DNA of 63,449 nucleotides, the filler included, from Basidiobolus meristosporus CBS 931.73 (Eukaryota; Fungi; Basidiobolomycota): the NCBI GenBank assembly GCA_002104905.1. It is 3 parts of 3 records of this genome, joined end to end, with 100 filler letters (N's around TTAATTAATTAA, not from the genome) between each part and the next. Parts side by side here need not be neighbours in the genome. Positions count along the whole stretch, not along the records: positions 49,252 to 63,449 come from MCFE01001186.1; 2 more parts are not named here. The stretch is one strand, 5' to 3'. The notes under the pieces were generated by a model that saw only the letters and a program-made list of their open reading frames with translations, was not told the origin of the DNA and ran no database searches. Positions 57,307 through 63,449 of this stretch are shown in pieces (position 1 is the first letter of the stretch; each line of letters opens with the position of its first letter). The translations under genes were made by a program, and so were the position numbers.

Positions 57307-59919
57307 CTAAGCCTTTGTTGGGTCCATCTTCATCCGCTCCCAGAACCTTGCGGTCAAGATGGCATTCGCGAAAGGCTGGTTGATCTTACCGGCATTAGAA
57401 TCCGTCGAGGTGATTACGCCATTGAGGTCGTTGACTCCAGAACCCTTGTTGTTGTAGGGGATACCTGATTTGTCAATGAGCTGAACTCCCTCACCTGTGG
57501 CAGCTATTGGCTTTCCATGACGATAAGCCTCGCGGATGAATTCAAGTGGCTCTGCATACGGGAACATGACACTCTGTCCAAGTAATGTCTCGACCGATTT
57601 CTTCCCTCCAGGTATGTATAGAGCATCGAAGAGGACAGAGGAGGTGGTGACGAACGTGTTGTTCACCTGCATATTGAGGTTTTGGACCTTGCCAAGATGC
57701 GGAGCCACTATGTCTGGATAGGCTCCCTTGGATTTTAGACTGTTGTACACCGACTGCACTTGTGAAGCATCCACCCCATCAGCGACAAGGATGGCCACTG
57801 TGCGAGTACGAATATTGCTTTTCGGATACTTCTCGATGGACAGGCCAGTGCTGGTGCGGTTCTTGTTTGGGTTGGTGACCTTCGTAGGTGGGGTTACGCC
57901 GATGGCGATGGCCACTCGTATGGCCAAATCGTGATCGACATTATTCAGCAATTCGATCATTCGGTCACGGATGGACTGAGACTTGGTCTTACCAAGCTCA
58001 AATCGGGCTGCATCCACTAGTTGTTGCTAAACACAGTTCAATCGTTAGTGATTAAGAATTCCTCAACCGAGTGCGCGATTACTTACCTGCTCTGCCTTCG
58101 TCAAGCTGTTGTAGAATAGTTGGGGCTGCGAGAAATAATCGAAGAAGCTTGGCGCGGTGCCCCTCACCTTCGGTCCATCCACTTTGCTGTTGTAGGACTG
58201 GAAGCCACCATCCTCTGGGGATGCCATTTGGGGGGAATTTCCTTGCATCCTATTGGGGTAGTAAGCGACTTTCCCCTTGTTGATGGTCGTTTGCATGAAC
58301 CCATCGCGCTGATTGTTGTGAACTGCGTTGATAGGCCGGTTGATGGGGATTTGGTAGAAGTTGGCGCTTCCGTGTCTATTCAGCTGTGTGTCTAGGTAGC
58401 TGAAAAGGCGACCTTGCAAGAGAGGATCATTGGTGAAATCTATTCCGGGTACGATATGTCCCAGGTGGAAGCTGACCTGCTCGGTTTCAGCGAAATAATT
58501 ATCCACATTGCGATTCAGAGTCTAGCAAAAAGTTGAAATGAGTGAATCAGCCGTTTACATTGGCGCAGCAATCGCGAAGAAGTTACCATTTTCCCAATCT
58601 TGACCACTGGTACTAGGGACTCGGGGACTATCTTGGTTGGATCCAGTATGTCGAAGTCGTATTTGAACTCATCCTCTTCAGGGATGATCTGCACACCCAG
58701 CTCCCACTCGGGATAGTCTCCGTTGTCGATAGCAGTGTATAGGTCCCTTCGGTGGAAATCGGCATCCTTACCCGCGATCTTTTGCGCTTCATCCCACACT
58801 AGGGTCGCCAGACCTTGAAGTGGCTTCCAATGCCACTTGACAAATACGGATTTGCCCTTAGGATTTACAAGACGGAAGGTGTGTACGCCGAAACCTTCCA
58901 TCATACGGAGGCTAGGCATAATGTCAGTCAAAGTGCACTACGCTACTGATAGGGTGTCACTGAACAGTACCTTCGCGGAATACCACGCCCAGAGAATGCC
59001 CACAGAACGGTGTGCAATGACTCTGGGAACTCGGAAAAGAAGTCGTAGGTTGTGTCATGGGCGGTACCAGCTTGGGGCATCTCCGTATCAGGCTCTGGTT
59101 TAGCAGCGTGGATAAGATCGGGGAATTTGATGGCATCTAATAGCAAATACTGTGAGTGGGGTGGCTGGGTTTCGACGTTGCATCGGTGATGTACCTTGGA
59201 TAAAGAACACAGGGATGTCGTTTCCAACTATACATAGAGTTAGATAGAGCAGAGAACAAACTCCAGTCAGATGCAAACTTGCCTAAATCAAAGAGACCCT
59301 CCTCTGTGTAGAAACGTGTTGCGAATCCGCGCACATCTCTTACTGTATCGGCTGATCCACGTGATCCCAGCACTGTAGAAAATCTCACAAAGACTGGGGT
59401 TTTGGTATCTGGGTTTCGCAGAAACTTGGCGGCGGTGATGTTGGAGTAATCTCCATATGGTTGAAAATAGCCATGTGCACCAACCCCACGCGCATGAACA
59501 ACGCGTTCAGGGATGCGTTCGTGATCTATCGAGATTAAATGATTAATTAATCCATTGACGAAAGCCAAGTCCCTAACGGCTAAACCCTAACCGAAGTGCA
59601 TAATCTTCTCCCGCAACTGGAAGTCCTCAAGAAGGGTGGGCCCCCGCAAGCCTGCCTTCAGACTATTGGTGTTATTGATCTATGGCTTTGGTTAGTAAAG
59701 TCCAATGGGGAGGGTAGACGAGTAGTACTCAACCAATAGTCCAAAATTGGTGGTCTCATGTGTGTTGGCATTTCCAATGGTGTACTCGCGAAGCTGCCTA
59801 TTCTTGGCTGAACCATCAGTAGCCCCGGTGAGGCCCTTTTCAAGAGCACACATCTGAGAAAGAACCAGCGGGGCCCCGAGCACAAGGTTGAAAAAGACGA
59901 GAAGTTTCCGATGGGTCAT
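57307..59919 (-). CDS. Secreted large-subunit (clade 2, KatE/CatB-type) catalase, 731 aa, 8 exons
   Basis: Exons 59919-59734, 59679-59592, 59525-59283, 59227-59195, 59136-58971, 58911-58587, 58521-58087 and 58026-57307 total 2196 nt, in frame. [29 protein letters not shown]-terminal DJ-1/GATase-like domain, hydrophobic N-terminal signal. Confidence 0.93.
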
Positions 59920-60582
59920 TTTATCGAGTGGAGTTTGAATGCACAACAAGAGGTCTTATATAATGGCGCCGATTGAGCTCACTCATCCATTGTGGCAACA
60001 CTCTAATCCAACGAAAGCTTTTTTGATGACGACGAACATAAATATTACTAATCCCTACCTGTTTCATATGTGTTGCATCATGATGATTCTTTCTATCAAC
60101 CAACATGATTAGTTCCCCAGCGAAGTAGGAAGGTGACCTCAATGCTAATAGGTTCCCCAGATTAATTAACAAATAAGAATGGGATATCGACTCGTGTTGA
60201 AGCTTCGTTTAATGCAAAACGTGATGAATCTTCATCGGCACTTCAATCGGTCTATTCTAATATATAGTATCCATATGTGGGGATCGAAGTAAACTTTTGG
60301 GCTTTAATGCTGTAGGTGCCAAATATCTTAAGTGCCAAGTACCTTAAAACATTTGAAATCATTTCCTATTTGGGGGTGAGCTCGAAGATAAATATGGGTA
60401 TGGTTAGAGAAAACCAAGAACACTGCTAGTGGGGGGTTTAGTTTCGTTACAGGCTCAAGCACATTATCGGATTCATCAATGTCTCACTCAGCCTGCGTTC
60501 AGTAAGAACTCCCAATAGAATATGACTTAGAAAACCTCACTCTATATATATCGGCTGCTCTAGTCATAATCCAGACTGCACA

Positions 60583-61572
60583 ATGTCCAAGCTACCATAT
60601 AATAATGACCATGACACAACCAGCCCATCACAGTTCTCCTCCAACCTTCCACCTCTTCCTTACACACAACAGATAGAACCGCGTACCTCGGGTTCTTCGT
60701 GTCCCATAAACCGTCCTCCAAATGCCTACTCCCACCTCCAGTATGGTGGCTCAACTTCTTCAGGTCAACCTTCTCATCAACTGAGCCAACCCGCAGTCCA
60801 CTCCAAAGAGGGCTCATATTCTTCCAGTGGTCAGGTCAACCATCCACCGCAACAAGCTGTGGTGAATGTGAGCAGCACTGGGATGAGTAGCGCCCAGGCG
60901 CGCTCAGTCCAATCGTCTGGAAGTCAAACCCCTGCTTGCTTTTCCAGACCGCCTCAGATACAAGGGTATGCCCTAGCACCTTTCCCCTCGTTCCGAGTTC
61001 CTTGTAATGGAAGAACGTTTCAAGATGGATTCCCACAATTCTATCCTCAGCCACAGCGCCTGTCCGCCCGCGATATACATGAGGCAGACTGGCTTCAGTT
61101 CATGCAGGAGCTGTCGGATGAAGGTCGCTTAAAGGGAGGTCAAAAGGTGACTGCTTCCATTCTACCCATAGCAATGCATGTTGGGGCGACCGGGTTTCTG
61201 ATATCTCGTGCAATCAAGAAAAGAATGAAGAGGGGAAATGTTGGCAAAGCAGCAGCCAAAATCGATATTTGGAACTACTGCTTTTTCAATGCTCGTGGGG
61301 TTAATATCTCCCTGTTCCAAGGACCAAGAAGAGTGAGTGGACCATCCACTGGCTCCTCTTCCTCTTCCAGCAGCTCTTCAGAAGATGAAGATAGACATCC
61401 TGCTATGGGTATGAGCCGAGAATCAAGAAGAGCAGCCAAGGAAGCACGAAGAGAGGATCGACGTCGTAGAAGAGAGCAGCGGCGCCATGACAAACAGAAG
61501 AGGAGAGAACTAAAGCGAGGGGAGAAGACTGATGAGCCGTACTATCTACTTGTGGAAAGCCAACATCTTTAA
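60583..61572 (+). CDS. Uncharacterised protein, 329 aa, copy 2
   Basis: Only a few amino-acid changes relative to 51638-52627. Confidence 0.75.
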   Translation: MSKLPYNNDHDTTSPSQFSSNLPPLPYTQQIEPRTSGSSCPINRPPNAYSHLQYGGSTSSGQPSHQLSQPAVHSKEGSYSSSGQVNHPPQQAVVNVSSTGMSSAQARSVQSSGSQTPACFSRPPQIQGYALAPFPSFRVPCNGRTFQDGFPQFYPQPQRLSARDIHEADWLQFMQELSDEGRLKGGQKVTASILPIAMHVGATGFLISRAIKKRMKRGNVGKAAAKIDIWNYCFFNARGVNISLFQGPRRVSGPSTGSSSSSSSSSEDEDRHPAMGMSRESRRAAKEARREDRRRRREQRRHDKQKRRELKRGEKTDEPYYLLVESQHL

Positions 61573-61922
61573 GCATAAATATTCCCTGCTGGCTACATGG
61601 AATTTGGTGATCCTCCTTGACAAAATAGTACAGTATCAATCAATATTTATTGGATGTCCTTTCAATGAAACAAATCACGTGGATACGTAATAAATGAAAG
61701 CCAAGTATCGAGTTGACCAAAAGCCTATCAATCGGGCCATTGCTGCGGCTTGAATACGCTTTTTGCTACCAGTGAAAGTGCGATCCACATTCTGTAAACA
61801 AATGGGATGATTGTATCAACTCTTTCAATCCAGTCATCGATTCCACATTAGCAGCGACCTCAGCCGGACCAACAGTGAAGGGGTAGATTTGTTGATGCTC
61901 TATATTTACAAATCACTGTCTT

Positions 61923-62492
61923 CTAAACTTGCTTTAGCTTATGAAATGTGAAGTACGGACAGTGGAGCTTCCAACCCCAGTCTGCAGTTCTTGAAACTTG
62001 CAATGGGGGGAGGTCTGGCAATATTATTGTATTGCCGACCTTCTCCCACTTCAGGGTGCCTGTGTTTTCCGAGTAAAACCCAAAGTCTGAGCGGAAGTGA
62101 GCAAGGATAGGGTCACATCTTTGTCGGGCTCCAACTTGAAGTATCCAGTCACCAACCACATCATTGACAGTGACACTAGTTCTCCGGCTTTCTTTCTTGG
62201 CTAGAGCGTAGCAGGATTTCCAGGTAGATTTGGCGGGAGGTGAAGAAGAGCTCGTTTCCTGGAGGGCATGAAGTATTTCTGCACCAGATAACTCAGTAGT
62301 CTTTACCCACAGCTTCTTCTCCTTCCAAGATATCCTACACAAGGTTCGCTACAAACCTTCAAGATTGGAAAGTTCTCGCCATGCATGTGAAACAAGGCAG
62401 CATTGGCATAAGTCAGCTGCATCGAAATATTCGAACACTTCAATGATCAACTCTGGCGGAAGATGTATAGAGGTGGTCGGGGGGATGTGCAT
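61923..62492 (-). pseudogene. F-box gene copy 2 with nonsense W48*
   Basis: TGG->TAG at 62349-62351; otherwise nearly identical to 52978-53547. Confidence 0.85.
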
Positions 62493-63018
62493 GTTCTCGC
62501 TTGATTAAAAGTTGGTGTGGAAAAGAGCGCTTATATAGGCTGGGCAAATTCTCTGACAATTTGGCCCAGACGGAAGGTGCATAATTTGATGCGACAGAAG
62601 GCACAGACACTAAGGGACACTTGCTAGAATTTGCCATCACATATTCCAATTGGTCTAGTGAATAGATCCCGTTCATCTGACTAGCTTTTCTATATCTTGG
62701 CTTCTAGAAACCCAGCTACGAGAATACCCGATGAGGCGATACAAGAAATTAATTGGCTTCACTGATTGTGTGACGAACTGAGTTATGTGTATGATTGGTT
62801 GCTACGTGCTTTCAGCTATAGCTCCATCTTGATCGTTTTATCTGGTTGTCCACTCAGGCTTACCACATACTTCGATACTTGACTGGATTGAGTGTACAAC
62901 TACTTCACCCATCAGTCGCATCCCAGATGAACAACTTTACATAGTTTCCTGAAACGCATACTTACTAGAGTGGCAATACTGACAAGCCCTTGGACACTAT
63001 GCTAATCTAGATATTTGA

Positions 63019-63430
63019 GACTATCCTGAGCGGGAACTGGGTGCGCGTATCTTCCGCAATGAGGGTGAGTTCAAATACGATTCCAACCTGCTGGCCCCAA
63101 TCAAGATAGTGCTCGCCTCTCAAGTATCCGTAGCCAGAAATGTAAAAATGGTCTTTTGTTGAGTATTGGACTAGTATATGCAGACTCTCATTGCTACACT
63201 TTGAACTGCAATGTCGATAACCTTTTCACTGAGACTGTACAGGCGAGTCTACATCCAAGCCATACCGTACCTAATAATACCTCACAGCAGGAGCTTATGC
63301 AAACAGAGATGAATGGGCTGAGTCAACTGCGAAGATTAGTCTGCCATCCGAGGTGTGCATTAGTTCAAGAATGATTTGCGATGCTCGTACCCCACAAGCG
63401 GTTAATAATTGGACGGACGAAAGCTACAAT
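63019..63430 (+). pseudogene. Catalase relic, copy 2
   Basis: Duplicate of 54074-54480, with W->R in PEWEL and a 2-nt insertion in the dead intron. Confidence 0.78.
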
Positions 63431-63449
63431 TACCATTTAGCGGTAGTAA

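Larger units (their letters stand above)
60557..63449 (+). repeat. Direct segmental duplication of 51612-~54505 (offset 8945)
   Basis: Near-identical through both genes, the intergenic DNA and the catalase relic; runs to the window edge. Confidence 0.93.

Noticed and set aside
59570-59591. Two TTAGGG units at the start of catalase intron 2
   Set aside because: Too short, and lacks the retroelement tail; compatible with chance.

Overview
Fungal genomic DNA (short spliceosomal introns, TTAGGG telomere, cytosolic Hsp70, Ssz1). The window is three unrelated contigs joined by artificial 100-bp N44-TTAATTAATTAA-N44 linkers (27228-27327, 49152-49251), so adjacency across those points is meaningless. 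Contig 1 (1-27227) is a nest of one Ty1/copia family: one intact gag-pol and several decayed copies, primed from half a tRNA-iMet. It also carries a Gag-protease-only Ty3/gypsy-like element with CCGC target duplications, solo LTRs and TIR/foldback elements, and it is strongly CpG-eroded. Contig 2 (27328-49151) is a chromosome end: a tandem array of a non-coding copia derivative, an SSA-type hsp70, an ~11-kb subtelomere and 34 TTAGGG repeats. The subtelomere is the main finding. It is a polarised head-to-tail array of four different non-LTR retroelement types: two APE-RT LINE families, an ORF1-only element and a tRNA-headed SINE. All share one conserved 3' tail (AATAAA, a TCACC/GGTGA hairpin, then CCCTAA instead of poly(A)) and are joined through 1-2 telomeric repeats. 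This resembles a HeT-A/TART-like end-extension system coexisting with telomerase. Contig 3 (49252-63449) is genic: SSZ1, a sugar porter, an 8-exon secreted large-subunit catalase with a GC-AG intron, and a >=3-kb direct duplication (offset 8945) carrying an unknown gene, an F-box gene and a collapsed catalase relic. Percent identities are eye estimates, not computed.
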